Positions 1 through 9,156 are shown, counted from the stretch's first letter. The stretch is 31,608 bases of DNA from Candidatus Tumulicola sp. (GCA_036509155.1 DATCGB010000289.1:1-31608); one strand, 5' to 3'. Program-made: numbers and translations. Notes: a model not told the origin generated them from the letters alone.

Positions 1-311
1 GGCGGCAGCCGCGCCGGGATGACGCGTTTGAAGGTGCATACCGTTAACGAAAGCAGAATCAAGCCGACGATCCCGACGTACCACGGCGAGTGGTAGATGT
101 TGTCAAAGCCCAAACGCAGGATCGCCCGCGCGATCGGCGCGGCATAGCTCGCGAAATAGACGCTCGGATCTTTGCCCTGGTCGACGAGAACGCCGATCAG
201 CGTCAGAACGCCCCAGACGACGAAAAGCGAAACGGCGAACAGAACGTTGCCGAACGTGCGGACGAAGTCGTTGTAAAACGTCGTCACGCGCGAGTTTTCA
301 AGACGCGTCAT
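1..311 (-). CDS. resB: Cytochrome c biogenesis protein ResB/Ccs1 family, N-terminal part (runs off the window's left edge)
   Basis: Not in the ORF track; translated by hand from ATG at 311: MTRLENSRVTTFYNDFVRTFGNVLFAVSLFVVWGVLTLIGVLVDQGKDPSVYFASYAAPIARAILRLGFDNIYHSPWYVGIVGLILLSLTVCTFKRVIPARLP. The pattern TM-(G)xLxxQ ... LGFDNIYHSPWY ... LxxCTxxR is typical of ResB N-termini. ATGA overlap with the tatC stop. Confidence 0.78.
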   Translation of the reverse strand, partial: MTRLENSRVTTFYNDFVRTFGNVLFAVSLFVVWGVLTLIGVLVDQGKDPSVYFASYAAPIARAILRLGFDNIYHSPWYVGIVGLILLSLTVCTFKRVIPARLP

Positions 312-1075
312 TCGGCTCGGCGCCACGTCCGTTCGAGCAGCACGATGACCCAGATCGAGACTTCGTAGAGTACGTACATGGGCGTCGCGAGGAGCGCCAT
401 CGTCAGCGGGTTGCCGTCGGGCGCCGCGATGCCGCCGGCCACGAAGAAGCCGAAGATTGCCTGACGGCGATAGCGTTTCAGCAGGGGCGCGTTCACGACG
501 CCCAGCCGCGCCAGGCCGATAAGCACGATCGGCGTCTGAAAGACGATTGCAAAGAGCGCGAGCAGGATGATGACGAAGTTCAGCGTCGCGGCGATTCCGA
601 ACGTCGGCGTGGCGACGGCGTCGGTGATGTGCAGCAGGGCGGCGATCACGCGCGGGACGACGACGAAATGTGCGAACGCGAGGCCGGTCAGCGCCAGCAG
701 CAGCGAGGGCACGACGAACGCATAGACCATGCGGCGCGTCCGCGGGTGGACGGCCGGAACCACGAACATCCACAGCTGGTGCATCAGGACCGGCATCCCA
801 AAAATAACTCCGGCGACTAGCGAGAGTTTGAATTCGGTGAAGATGACGTCGGCCGGTCCGAACGCGTGGAGCGTAATTCCGGGAAAATACTCGTTGGTCA
901 TCCATTTGATGACGAACTGCGACGGCCAGAACAGCAAAACCGCGATCCCGCCGACGGTCGCGATCGCGATCAGAAGACGGCTACGGAGCTCCCGCAGGTG
1001 CTCCGTAAACGGCATCTCCTTCTGATCCCAGGGCGTCTCGTCGTCGGCTCGGGCCGGCGGCCGCTCCAGCAGCAC
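308..1075 (-). CDS. tatC: Twin-arginine translocase subunit TatC
   Basis: MPFTEHLRELRSRL N-terminal motif, six hydrophobic segments, C-terminal APDGNPLTMALLATPMYVLYEVSI. GTG start at 1075. Confidence 0.95.
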   Translation of the reverse strand: MLLERPPARADDETPWDQKEMPFTEHLRELRSRLLIAIATVGGIAVLLFWPSQFVIKWMTNEYFPGITLHAFGPADVIFTEFKLSLVAGVIFGMPVLMHQLWMFVVPAVHPRTRRMVYAFVVPSLLLALTGLAFAHFVVVPRVIAALLHITDAVATPTFGIAATLNFVIILLALFAIVFQTPIVLIGLARLGVVNAPLLKRYRRQAIFGFFVAGGIAAPDGNPLTMALLATPMYVLYEVSIWVIVLLERTWRRAE

Positions 1076-1078
1076 TAG

Positions 1079-1381
1079 CTAGGAACTCAGCGTGCCTTTG
1101 CCCGGGGTCGGCGGCGGCACCGTGTCGCCCGTCATCGAGCCGGCCTCGACGTTATTCATCAGGTCGGCGTGCTGCTCGGCGCCGCGTTGGCGCGCTTCCT
1201 CGCGCGCGCGGTTCGCCGCCTCGTCGGCCTCGATCTGTCCCATCACGAACTCTTTTTTCGCCTGACCCGCGCTGCGGGCCAGTTTGGGCAGCTTGTCGGC
1301 GCCGAAGAGCAGCGCGCCCACGACCAGGATGCCGATGATGATCGGCGCGTCGATGAACGCTAAAATTGGATGAATCGCCAT
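1079..1381 (-). CDS. tatA: Twin-arginine translocase TatA/E family subunit (100 aa)
   Basis: TM helix then LLFGADKLPKLARSAGQAKKEF (FGxxKLP hinge plus amphipathic helix). ATG at 1381 with AAGGAG SD upstream. The longer ORF-track extension is a shadow frame over the next gene. Confidence 0.9.
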   Translation of the reverse strand: MAIHPILAFIDAPIIIGILVVGALLFGADKLPKLARSAGQAKKEFVMGQIEADEAANRAREEARQRGAEQHADLMNNVEAGSMTGDTVPPPTPGKGTLSS

Positions 1382-1404
1382 GACCGTCTCCTTACTAATT
1401 AACC

Positions 1405-2385
1405 CTATTCTACGAGCAGGGCGTCGGCGAGTTTCGCCAACTCTTCCTTCGCCGCGCCCGGCGCAATCGGCTCTAACGCAGCTTTTGCCCGCTCGACGTA
1501 GCCGGCGATCTGCGCGTGAGTTGCCGCCAAGCCGCCTTGGCGCCGGATCCCGGCGACGATCGCGGGAATGCCCTCGTTGGCGCTCCCGTCGTAGAACCGC
1601 CGAACGTCGTCGCCGAAGCCGGCGTCGCCGGCCGCCAGCGCCTGAATCAGCGGAATCGTAACCTTGCGCTCGGTGAGGTCGTTGCCGACGGGTTTGCCGA
1701 GCGAGCGTTCGTCCGCGGTCACGTCGAGCAGATCGTCTTTCATTTGAAACGCTACGCCGAACGCGTCGCCGAACGCGCGCAGGCCGGCGACTTCGCGCCG
1801 GCCGGCACCGCCCATGATCGCACCGCATTGCGCCGACGCGGCAAACAGGGAGGCGGTTTTCTTGCGGGCGATTTCGACGTAGGCGGCCAGCGATAAACCG
1901 AGATCGCCGAGTGCTTGCAACTGCAGCACTTCGCCGTCGCAAATGTCGGCCAGCGTGGCCGAAAGCACGTGCGGAATCGGGTGCGGGTAGTCGGCGGTGA
2001 CGTTCTTGAAAATCCACGCAAACAGGTAGTCGCCGGCCAGTACGCTGACGCGATTGCCGTAATCGACGGCGGTCGCGTTCACACCGCGCCGCGTGCGGGC
2101 GTTGTCTACGACGTCGTCGTGGATCAGCGTCGCCACGTGAATGAGTTCCATGTAGGCGGCCAGGTGGAGTTGGTCGACCGCCTTTCCCCCGCAGGCGGCG
2201 GCGGCGAGCAGCGTGATTCGCGGCCGCAGACGCTTTCCGCCGGCCGCCAGCATGCGCTTCACGGCTTCGGTGATGATCGGATTGTCGGTCGAAAAGGTGG
2301 TTCGGAAGAACGATTCGACCAGCCCGTGCAGGTCGGCTCCGCCGGCCGGGGTCGCGTCGGCGCCGCGAATGCGGGCGTCGCTCAA
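1405..2385 (-). CDS. Trans-polyprenyl diphosphate synthase (HepT/IspB-like)
   Basis: GGKRLRP, ELIHVATLIHDDVVD (first DDxxD), GDYL, FQMKDDLLD (second DDxxD), GKPVGNDL. Start inferred as TTG at 2385 overlapping the menG stop (TTGA). Confidence 0.9.
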   Translation of the reverse strand: MSDARIRGADATPAGGADLHGLVESFFRTTFSTDNPIITEAVKRMLAAGGKRLRPRITLLAAAACGGKAVDQLHLAAYMELIHVATLIHDDVVDNARTRRGVNATAVDYGNRVSVLAGDYLFAWIFKNVTADYPHPIPHVLSATLADICDGEVLQLQALGDLGLSLAAYVEIARKKTASLFAASAQCGAIMGGAGRREVAGLRAFGDAFGVAFQMKDDLLDVTADERSLGKPVGNDLTERKVTIPLIQALAAGDAGFGDDVRRFYDGSANEGIPAIVAGIRRQGGLAATHAQIAGYVERAKAALEPIAPGAAKEELAKLADALLVE

Positions 2386-3113
2386 GATTTGGTCCCGTAG
2401 TGCACGGCGATGGCGCCGCCCATCAGGGGCAAGTATCCGGCGTCGGCGAACCCGGCGCCGGTAAAACGCGCGCGAAGCTCCGGCGCGTTGGGGTGGTGCG
2501 TCAACGAGTTGGGAAGATACGTATACGCCTGCCGCGAGCCGCCCACGATGCCGCCGACCAAGGGCACGACGCCGTAAAAATAGAGATCGAACGCCCGTTT
2601 CCAGATTTTGTTGGGGGCTTTGCTGACGTCCAGGTTGACGAAGCGCGCTCCCGGCTTGAGCACGCGCCAAATCTCGCGCAGCACGCGGTCGACGTCGACG
2701 ACGTTGCGCAGACTGAAACCCATGGTCGCTCCGTCGAACGTATCGTCGCCAAACGGCAGCGCCATCACGTCGCCTTCGACGAAGGCGGGATTGCCGCGCG
2801 CTTCGCGGGGAGCGCGCGCGCGAGCGCGGTCCAGCATCGGAGCGCAAAAATCGATCCCGGTAACGTCGAGCTTCGGATCGACCCGCAGCAAATGGAAGAC
2901 GACGTCGCCGGTTCCGCAGCAGAGATCGAGCACGCGTCCGGCGGCCGGGGGTGCCAGTAAGGCGATCGCTCGGCGCCGCCAGCGTTCGTCGAGACCGGCG
3001 GTGAGGACGCGATTGGCGGCGTCGTAACGCGGCGCGATGCGCGCGAACATCTCGCGCACGAAAGCCCCTTTGTCGCCGCCGTTCGGCCGGCCGCTGATCG
3101 GAGTCGAAGTCAT
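2382..3113 (-). CDS. menG: Demethylmenaquinone methyltransferase, UbiE/MenG family
   Basis: VREMFARIAPRYDAANRVLTAGLDERWRR, VLDLCCGTGD SAM motif, GFSLRNV, AYTYLPNSL. Next to a polyprenyl synthase. Start at ATG 3113 inferred. Confidence 0.9.
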   Translation of the reverse strand: MTSTPISGRPNGGDKGAFVREMFARIAPRYDAANRVLTAGLDERWRRRAIALLAPPAAGRVLDLCCGTGDVVFHLLRVDPKLDVTGIDFCAPMLDRARARAPREARGNPAFVEGDVMALPFGDDTFDGATMGFSLRNVVDVDRVLREIWRVLKPGARFVNLDVSKAPNKIWKRAFDLYFYGVVPLVGGIVGGSRQAYTYLPNSLTHHPNAPELRARFTGAGFADAGYLPLMGGAIAVHYGTKS

Positions 3114-3201
3114 CGGTGTCGGCCTGCTTTCCAGCGGCCGGGCCCCTCTCCTGGCGCTTTGCCTCCTAGATTTCACGACGTTTGTCGGGATTGCGGGTCC
3201 G

Positions 3202-4107
3202 ATGGTTCAACTCAGTTCTGCCCGGGAAGTCCTGGCGGCGCTTTCGGCTGCCGAGCGCGTCGACGTTCTCGCCTACACGCTGCGACGGGGACCCGTGCTG
3301 CACGGGCTGGAAGCCGCGGCGCGCCGCGGCGCGCACGTGCGCGTTCGTCTCGAAGGCGTTCCGTACGGCGATTCGAGTGGTTCCTTCGCGCGCGAGAACC
3401 GGCGCATCGTCGACGAACTCGCGCGTGCCGGAATCGACGCGCAGTTGGCGCGCGTCGGCCCGCGTGCCGCCGACGAAGCCCCGGTGCACGCCAAGGCGAT
3501 CGTGGCCGACGACAGGCTCTTTCTCGACGACCGTAACTGGGGCGATAACGACTTCGTCGTATGCGATCGCGATCCGGCCGCTGCGCGCGCGGTGCTCGAC
3601 GCCATGGACGGCGACGCGCACGCCGGCGGCTGCCCGTCGTTTGCGATCGAAAAACGCGACGCGCTCGCGCGCGAAGCCGACCTGCTCCATTCCTCCAAAG
3701 CGGGCGACCGCGTCATCATCGAAAGCGAATCGTTCGGTTACGACAACCCGGTGTACGCCGCGTTGGACGCGCTAGGTAAAAGCGGGGTCACCCCGCGCCT
3801 GCTCGTTTCGTCCCGCGAAGCGGCATCGAATTCGCGCGAACGCAAGGCCCTCGACCGGTTGGCACGCGACGGCGTTGCGATTCGCCTTTGCCGGGATTCC
3901 GAAAAGTTTGCGCTGGCCGGCGAACGCGCGTGGCTCGGTTCGGCGAACGCGTCGCCGGCTTTCGGGACGCCCGACATGATCGATTGGGGCCTGTGCACGG
4001 ACGATCCCGCCACCGTCGCCGCCGCGCGCGCCGCCGTCGAAGCGCGCTGGAACTCGGCCAGACCGCTAAAAACCTCGTGCTCAGTTGCAGGCAGCGGATT
4101 CTGCTAG
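3202..4107 (+). CDS. Phospholipase D-like (PLDc) two-domain protein with one intact HKD motif
   Basis: AYTL...LEAAARRGAHVRVRLE and HAKAIVAD (HxKx4D) in domain 1; SESF...GVTPRLLV...SEKFALAG...WLGSAN in domain 2. Start ATG 3202 inferred because the upstream extension overlaps menG. Confidence 0.78.
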   Translation: MVQLSSAREVLAALSAAERVDVLAYTLRRGPVLHGLEAAARRGAHVRVRLEGVPYGDSSGSFARENRRIVDELARAGIDAQLARVGPRAADEAPVHAKAIVADDRLFLDDRNWGDNDFVVCDRDPAAARAVLDAMDGDAHAGGCPSFAIEKRDALAREADLLHSSKAGDRVIIESESFGYDNPVYAALDALGKSGVTPRLLVSSREAASNSRERKALDRLARDGVAIRLCRDSEKFALAGERAWLGSANASPAFGTPDMIDWGLCTDDPATVAAARAAVEARWNSARPLKTSCSVAGSGFC

Positions 4108-4865
4108 ATTCCGAACAGCTCTTTCGCATTGCGATCGGTCACCGAAACGACGTCGTCGATCTCGACGCCCAGCACGTCGGCGAGTTTGGATGCGACGTGG
4201 GGCAAGAAGGCGGGCTCGTTGCGTTGGCCGCGTACCGGGACGGGGGCGAGATACGGACAGTCGGTTTCGAGCACGATCGAACCGAGGCCCACGGCCCGCA
4301 CGGCTTCGCGCAGGCCGCCGGCATTCGCAAACGTGACGACGCCGCCGATCCCGAGCGTCAACCCGAAGTTCCCGGTCAGCTCGCGAGCCTGCTCGGCGTT
4401 GCCGGTAAAACAGTGCACGACGCCGCGCGTGCCGGGCGGAAACTCCGCGCGCAGGATCGCGACGAAATCGTCGTAGGCGTCGCGCTGGTGAAAAATCAGC
4501 GGCAGGCCGCGGTCGCGCGCGAACCGCAGCTGCGAACGCAGAACCGCCGCCTGCGCGTCGTGCGGGCTGTGGGCGTAGTAATAATCGAGCCCGGTTTCGC
4601 CGATCGCCACGATCGGAGCGTCTCCGAACAGCGGCGCGAAGGCCGCGGGGATATCGGCCGGCGCATCCTTGGCTTCGTGCGGGTGAATCCCGATGGAGGC
4701 GGACAGGCCGTAGCGTTTGGCGGCGTCGATCGCGCGGTTGCTGTCGGCCAGATCGCATCCAACCGCGAGCATGTGCGTCACGCCCGCCGCGCGCGCGCGG
4801 GCGACCGTCGCGTCGCGGTCGCCGTCGTAGCGCGGGTCGTGGAGGTGTCCGTGTGTGTCGATCAC
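4104..4865 (-). CDS. tatD: TatD family metal-dependent hydrolase/DNase
   Basis: IDTHGHL, GIHPHE, AIGETGLDYYY, FHQRDA, VVHCFTG, ETDCPYLAP, RNEP. GTG start at 4865 overlapping the metG stop (GTGA). Confidence 0.93.
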   Translation of the reverse strand: MIDTHGHLHDPRYDGDRDATVARARAAGVTHMLAVGCDLADSNRAIDAAKRYGLSASIGIHPHEAKDAPADIPAAFAPLFGDAPIVAIGETGLDYYYAHSPHDAQAAVLRSQLRFARDRGLPLIFHQRDAYDDFVAILRAEFPPGTRGVVHCFTGNAEQARELTGNFGLTLGIGGVVTFANAGGLREAVRAVGLGSIVLETDCPYLAPVPVRGQRNEPAFLPHVASKLADVLGVEIDDVVSVTDRNAKELFGI

Positions 4866-6388
4866 GGCGCGGGCGGCAACTCGATGCGCGGGAAAAGCGC
4901 CTCGCCGGTGGCGATCGTCGCGCCTGACTCGAGGCCGCCCCAGGCCGCCAGCGACGTAGCCCAGTCCGCGGCGATGTCGGCACTCGTGCCCAGGCGCCGC
5001 CACATTTCTTCCATTCGTTCCGGCATTACCGGATGCAGCAGGATCGCCAGCCAGCGCAGACCTTCGCATAGGTCGTAGAGAAGCGCGTCCAGTTCGTCGT
5101 CGCGCCCTTCCTTAAATAAGACCCAGGGCTTGCGTTCGTCGACGGCCCGGTTCAGTGCGCTCACCAGCTCCCACGCCGCCTCGAGCGCTTCGCGGAAGCG
5201 CAACCCCAAAACGTGCTCGCGCATTTCTTCCGGCAGCCGGGCGAAGCGGGCTCCGAACTCATCCGGGCGGCTCGGTCGTGCCGGGACCCGGCCGGCGCGA
5301 TACTTCTGCACCATCGACGCCGTGCGGTGCAAGAGATTGCCGAGGTCGTTGCCGAGGTCGCTGTTGTGACGCTGCGCAATTTTCTCTTCCGAATACGAAA
5401 AATCGCTGCCGAAGGGCGCTTCGCGCAGGAGAAAATACCGCAGCGAGTCGGCGCCAAAACGCTGCGCGAGTGCGAACGGATCGACCGCGTTGCCCAAGCT
5501 CTTGCCCATCTTTTGACCGTCGACGGTAATCCAGCCGTGCGCGAAAACCAGGTCGGGGGCCGCCTCGCCGATCGACCACAGCATGGCGGGCCAGATGAGC
5601 GTGTGAAAGCGGGCGATTTCTTTGCCGATCAGTTGCACCGACGCCGGCCAATAGGTCGCGAACGCTGCCGGATCGGTCGACCACCCGATCGACGAGATGT
5701 AGTTGAGCAGCGCGTCGAACCACACGTAGATGACGCCGCCGCCGCCCGGTACCGGGATGCCCCACTCCAAGTTGGTGCGCGTAATCGAGAGGTCGTCGAG
5801 CCCCTCCTCGAGCAGCGCCATCATTTCGTTGTAGACGCTCTTGGGGCGAACCCACCGCGGGTGCGCGCGAAAGTGTTCGATCAGCCGGTCGCGATATTTC
5901 GAAAGACGGAAAAACCAGTCGTCCTCCGAGATCCGCGCCACCTCGCGCCCGCAGGTCGGACAACGGCCGTCGACGAGTTTGGATTCGGGCCAAAACGTCT
6001 CGTCGTTGACGCAGTACCAGCCCTCGTACTTGCCGAGATAGACGTCGCCGTTCTCGCGCATGCGCTCGAAAACGGCCTGCACCACCTGTTCGTGGCGTGG
6101 CTGCGTGGTGCGGATGAAGTCGTCGTACGCGACGTGATACGCGCTAAAAAGCGCTTTCCAGCGCGGAACGAGTTCGTCGCACCACGCTTTAGGCGTCATG
6201 CCGGCGGCGGCCGCCGCATTGGCGACTTTCTGGCCGTGTTCGTCGGTACCGGTGACGAAGCGCGCCGGGCCGCTCGTCCGGGCCGTGCGCGCCAGCACGT
6301 CGGCAACCACCGTGGTGTAGGCGTGTCCGATATGCGGATTGCCGCTGATGTAATAAATCGGCGTGGTGACGTAGTAGGCGTGGGTCAT
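4862..6388 (-). CDS. metG: Methionine--tRNA ligase (short form, no C-terminal tRNA-binding domain)
   Basis: YYVTTPIYY, PHIGH, TGTDEHGQK, YVWFDAL, KMGKS (KMSKS-like) motifs; 508 aa. Confidence 0.97.
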   Translation of the reverse strand: MTHAYYVTTPIYYISGNPHIGHAYTTVVADVLARTARTSGPARFVTGTDEHGQKVANAAAAAGMTPKAWCDELVPRWKALFSAYHVAYDDFIRTTQPRHEQVVQAVFERMRENGDVYLGKYEGWYCVNDETFWPESKLVDGRCPTCGREVARISEDDWFFRLSKYRDRLIEHFRAHPRWVRPKSVYNEMMALLEEGLDDLSITRTNLEWGIPVPGGGGVIYVWFDALLNYISSIGWSTDPAAFATYWPASVQLIGKEIARFHTLIWPAMLWSIGEAAPDLVFAHGWITVDGQKMGKSLGNAVDPFALAQRFGADSLRYFLLREAPFGSDFSYSEEKIAQRHNSDLGNDLGNLLHRTASMVQKYRAGRVPARPSRPDEFGARFARLPEEMREHVLGLRFREALEAAWELVSALNRAVDERKPWVLFKEGRDDELDALLYDLCEGLRWLAILLHPVMPERMEEMWRRLGTSADIAADWATSLAAWGGLESGATIATGEALFPRIELPPAP

Positions 6389-7263
6389 GGCCGGGTGACC
6401 CTTTCGGCGGACGTTGCGGCTCCCTTGCCGCCGGTCTTGCGCGCGCTCGCGCGGGCGTAGAGATCGCCGCGGTCGCCGTACCCGCGGCGGGCCAGGCGTT
6501 TTGCGATATCGCCGACGCGACAGTTTTCCGCCAGCAGCGCGTCGATTTCCGCGTCGGCGTCGCCGTCCGACGGCCGATGCGGGGAAGCGTCGGGCAACTC
6601 GTACGGAGCCACCGCAAAGGCGATCTCGCCGCGCACCGGCTCGCTCAGCTCGGCGGCTACCCGCGCCGGCGTTCCGGCCGCCTGCTGCTCGTGCAGCTTG
6701 GTGTACTCACGCACGAGAAAAATCTCGGCGTCGGGAGCAATCGCCGCCAGGTCGGCGAGCGCCGCGCGAATGCGCCCGGGCGATTCGTACCAGAGGGTGG
6801 TCGCGTCGCCCCCGCGCAGCGCGCGGGCGAAAGCCTCGCGCCGGGCGCGCGACGCGCGCGGCGGGAATCCTTCGAATGAAAAACGCCGCAACGAAAAGCC
6901 GGAGAGCACCGCAACGCCGAACGCCGCGCTCGGCCCGGGCAGCACTTCGACGCTCACGCCGGCCGCTCGAGCGGCCCTTACCAGCGCGGTGCCCGGATCC
7001 GAAATGCCGGGCATGCCCGCGTCGCTGGTGACCGCCACCAGCGCGGTGCGCGCTCGTTCGACAATCCCCGGCGTCGCGCCGGCGGCGTTTTGCTCGCGGT
7101 AGCTCCACAGCTCCCGGCCGGCGATGCCCAACGCCTGAAGCAGCCGGCGCGCTACCCGCGTATCCTCGGCAACGATCAGATCCGCATCCCGCAAAACGTC
7201 CAAGGCGCGAAGCGTCACGTCGCGCAAATTTCCCAGCGGGGTCGGAACGAACACGAGCGGCAT
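6385..7263 (-). CDS. rsmI: 16S rRNA (cytidine1402-2'-O)-methyltransferase
   Basis: LVFVPTPLGNLRDVTLRAL, AEDTR, SDAGMPGISDPG, PGPSA, YESPGR, REYTKLHE, RGEI. ATGA overlap with metG. Confidence 0.95.
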   Translation of the reverse strand: MPLVFVPTPLGNLRDVTLRALDVLRDADLIVAEDTRVARRLLQALGIAGRELWSYREQNAAGATPGIVERARTALVAVTSDAGMPGISDPGTALVRAARAAGVSVEVLPGPSAAFGVAVLSGFSLRRFSFEGFPPRASRARREAFARALRGGDATTLWYESPGRIRAALADLAAIAPDAEIFLVREYTKLHEQQAAGTPARVAAELSEPVRGEIAFAVAPYELPDASPHRPSDGDADAEIDALLAENCRVGDIAKRLARRGYGDRGDLYARASARKTGGKGAATSAERVTRP

Positions 7264-7382
7264 GGTGCGGGCTTCGACGCCGCTCCTGCCGGTACTTACG
7301 CCAAGAAGGAGCTGCCGCTCGCCGCCGCGCAGTCGGCCCTAGCCCTACTTGCTTATCGTTCAAACGATGTGGAGGTTCTTGC

Positions 7383-7715
7383 ATGGACAGCGATAGCGTC
7401 GCAAACGCCACTGCCGCCGGCATGTTCGGCATCATCATGGTGGTGGTGGTCGTCGCGTGTGCGCTTACGGTCTTCTTCGCATGGCTATTCTGGCGAGTTT
7501 TTGCGAAGACCGGAATGAACGGTGCGCTTGGCCTGCTGTGCCTCGTCCCATCCGTCGGACCGTTGATCTGCCTACTGATCCTCGCTTTCAGCCGGTGGCC
7601 GATCGAGGACGTGCTCGCGGCACACGGCGGCTTTATTCCGCCGCCCGGCGGGATGGTTCCGCCGCCGCCGCCGCCGCCGGCCGCACCACCCGGGTCGTCG
7701 GTTATGCCGACCTAG
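7383..7715 (+). CDS. Small membrane protein with a polyproline C-terminal tail (hypothetical)
   Basis: GGAGG SD upstream; two to three hydrophobic segments; FWRVFAKTG...LVP...LAFSRWP pattern; tail PPPGGMVPPPPPPPAAPPG. Confidence 0.72.
   Translation: MDSDSVANATAAGMFGIIMVVVVVACALTVFFAWLFWRVFAKTGMNGALGLLCLVPSVGPLICLLILAFSRWPIEDVLAAHGGFIPPPGGMVPPPPPPPAAPPGSSVMPT
7659..7679 (+). repeat. (CCG)7 trinucleotide run encoding Pro7
   Basis: Seven consecutive CCG codons read directly from the sequence. Confidence 0.9.
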
Positions 7716-9156
7716 GAGTTTGCTGCACTTCGGCGATCCAGTCTTCGACGTCGGCGGACTTCGATGGAAGGATCGCCGAGAGGTTTTCGGCACCGCTGCC
7801 GGTGACCGCGAGGTCGTCTTCGATGCGCACTCCGATGCCGCGGAAGCGTTCCGGCACGGTCGCGTCGTCCGGCTGAAAATAAAGCCCCGGTTCGACGGTT
7901 AGAACCATGCCTCTGCGCAGTTTTCCGTAGCGGTACTCTTGGCTGCGGGCCTGCGCGCAGTCGTGCACGTCGAGCCCGAGCATGTGGCTGACGTTGTGCA
8001 GCGTATAGCGCCGGTAAAACGCGCGTTCCGAATCGAGCGCCTCGTCCAACGAAACGTTGAGTATCCGTAAGTCGATCAGTCCTTGCGCGAGCACCCGCAT
8101 GGCGCGCCGGTTGGGCTCCAGGAAGTCGTTCCCCGGAACTACGGCGGCAATTCCGGCTCGCTGCGCCTCCCAGACGAGGTCGTAGATCGCGCGCGCTTCG
8201 CCCGAAAAACGGCCGGAAATCGGCAGCGTTCGCGTGACGTCGGCAGTATACAGCGAGTCGCACTCGACGCCCGCGTCCAGCAGCAAAAGCGCGTCCGGCC
8301 GCAGGGCGCCGTCGTTGCGGTTCCAGTGCAGGGTGCAGGCGTGATGGCCGGCGGCCGCGATCGTTAAGTAGCCGACGTCGTTGCCTTCGACCCGCGCGCG
8401 GCTCCAAAACGCGGCTTCGATTTCGCGCTCGCTCGTGGCGACGCGCATGGTCCGGATGGCATCCTCGAAACCGCGCTTGGTGATCGCGCAGGCCGTGCGC
8501 AACTCGGCAAGCTCGTAGTCGTCCTTCAAAAGCCGCATCTCGGAAAGGCGCGTCGCCAGCTCGGCGTCGCCCGCGCTTTCTTCCAAGCGGCCGTCGACGC
8601 TCGCATGGACGCCGCGCACGACCGCTCGGGCGGCGCGGGTGTCGCTAAGCTCCTGCAGGTAGGGCGCCGCCGCTTGAAGCGGCCGGCACGCGTCGGCACC
8701 GTAATACGCGGCACTCTCGTCGACGCCGCGATGGCGCCCAACCCAAAGTTCGCCGTGCCGGCGGTCGGTGAAAAATTCCGCCGTGCCGCGGTTGTGCTCG
8801 CGTACGAAGAGGACGGTTCGATGCTCCGCGCCGTCGGGTTCCATCACGAGCAGCGCTTCGGGTTCGCCGTCGCCCATCAAATATGCGAAGTCGCTCGAGG
8901 TTCGAAACCGAAAGAACGTATCGTTTGCGCGGACGCGTTCGTCGCCGGCTGGAATGACGAGGTAAGCCCCGGGGTACGCGCGCGACAGCACGGCGCGACG
9001 TTCGCGCAGGCGCGCGAGCTGCGGATGCACTTCGGCCGCGAGCGGACGGTCGATCCACCCGGCGGCCATGAACTCGACCAGCGCGGCCGGCGTGTCCGGG
9101 TCGTGACCGGCTCGCGACGGCGCCGGGGGAGAGCCGGTCGTTCCTTCGTTGCGCAT
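7702..9156 (-). CDS. pepP: Xaa-Pro aminopeptidase (aminopeptidase P, M24B)
   Basis: RANDTFFRFRTSSDFAYL N-domain; LLDAG, YTADVTRT, SHMLGLDVHD, TVEPGLY, GIGVRIEDD metal ligands. Confidence 0.92.
   Translation of the reverse strand: MRNEGTTGSPPAPSRAGHDPDTPAALVEFMAAGWIDRPLAAEVHPQLARLRERRAVLSRAYPGAYLVIPAGDERVRANDTFFRFRTSSDFAYLMGDGEPEALLVMEPDGAEHRTVLFVREHNRGTAEFFTDRRHGELWVGRHRGVDESAAYYGADACRPLQAAAPYLQELSDTRAARAVVRGVHASVDGRLEESAGDAELATRLSEMRLLKDDYELAELRTACAITKRGFEDAIRTMRVATSEREIEAAFWSRARVEGNDVGYLTIAAAGHHACTLHWNRNDGALRPDALLLLDAGVECDSLYTADVTRTLPISGRFSGEARAIYDLVWEAQRAGIAAVVPGNDFLEPNRRAMRVLAQGLIDLRILNVSLDEALDSERAFYRRYTLHNVSHMLGLDVHDCAQARSQEYRYGKLRRGMVLTVEPGLYFQPDDATVPERFRGIGVRIEDDLAVTGSGAENLSAILPSKSADVEDWIAEVQQTPRSA

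Noticed and set aside
3116-3170. Partial resemblance to an SAH riboswitch upstream of menG (minus strand GAGGGGC...hairpin...CAGGCCG), plus an orphan AGGAGG
   Set aside because: The conserved GAGGAGCG-YUGC and CAGGCUC elements match only partly and I cannot build the closing stem or pseudoknot. An Infernal search with the Rfam SAH model would settle it.
308-4865. tatD close to tatA/tatC as a tatACD operon
   Set aside because: tatD is coupled to metG in the conserved rsmI-metG-tatD block, is separated from tatAC by three genes including an oppositely oriented one, and TatD is not part of the translocase.
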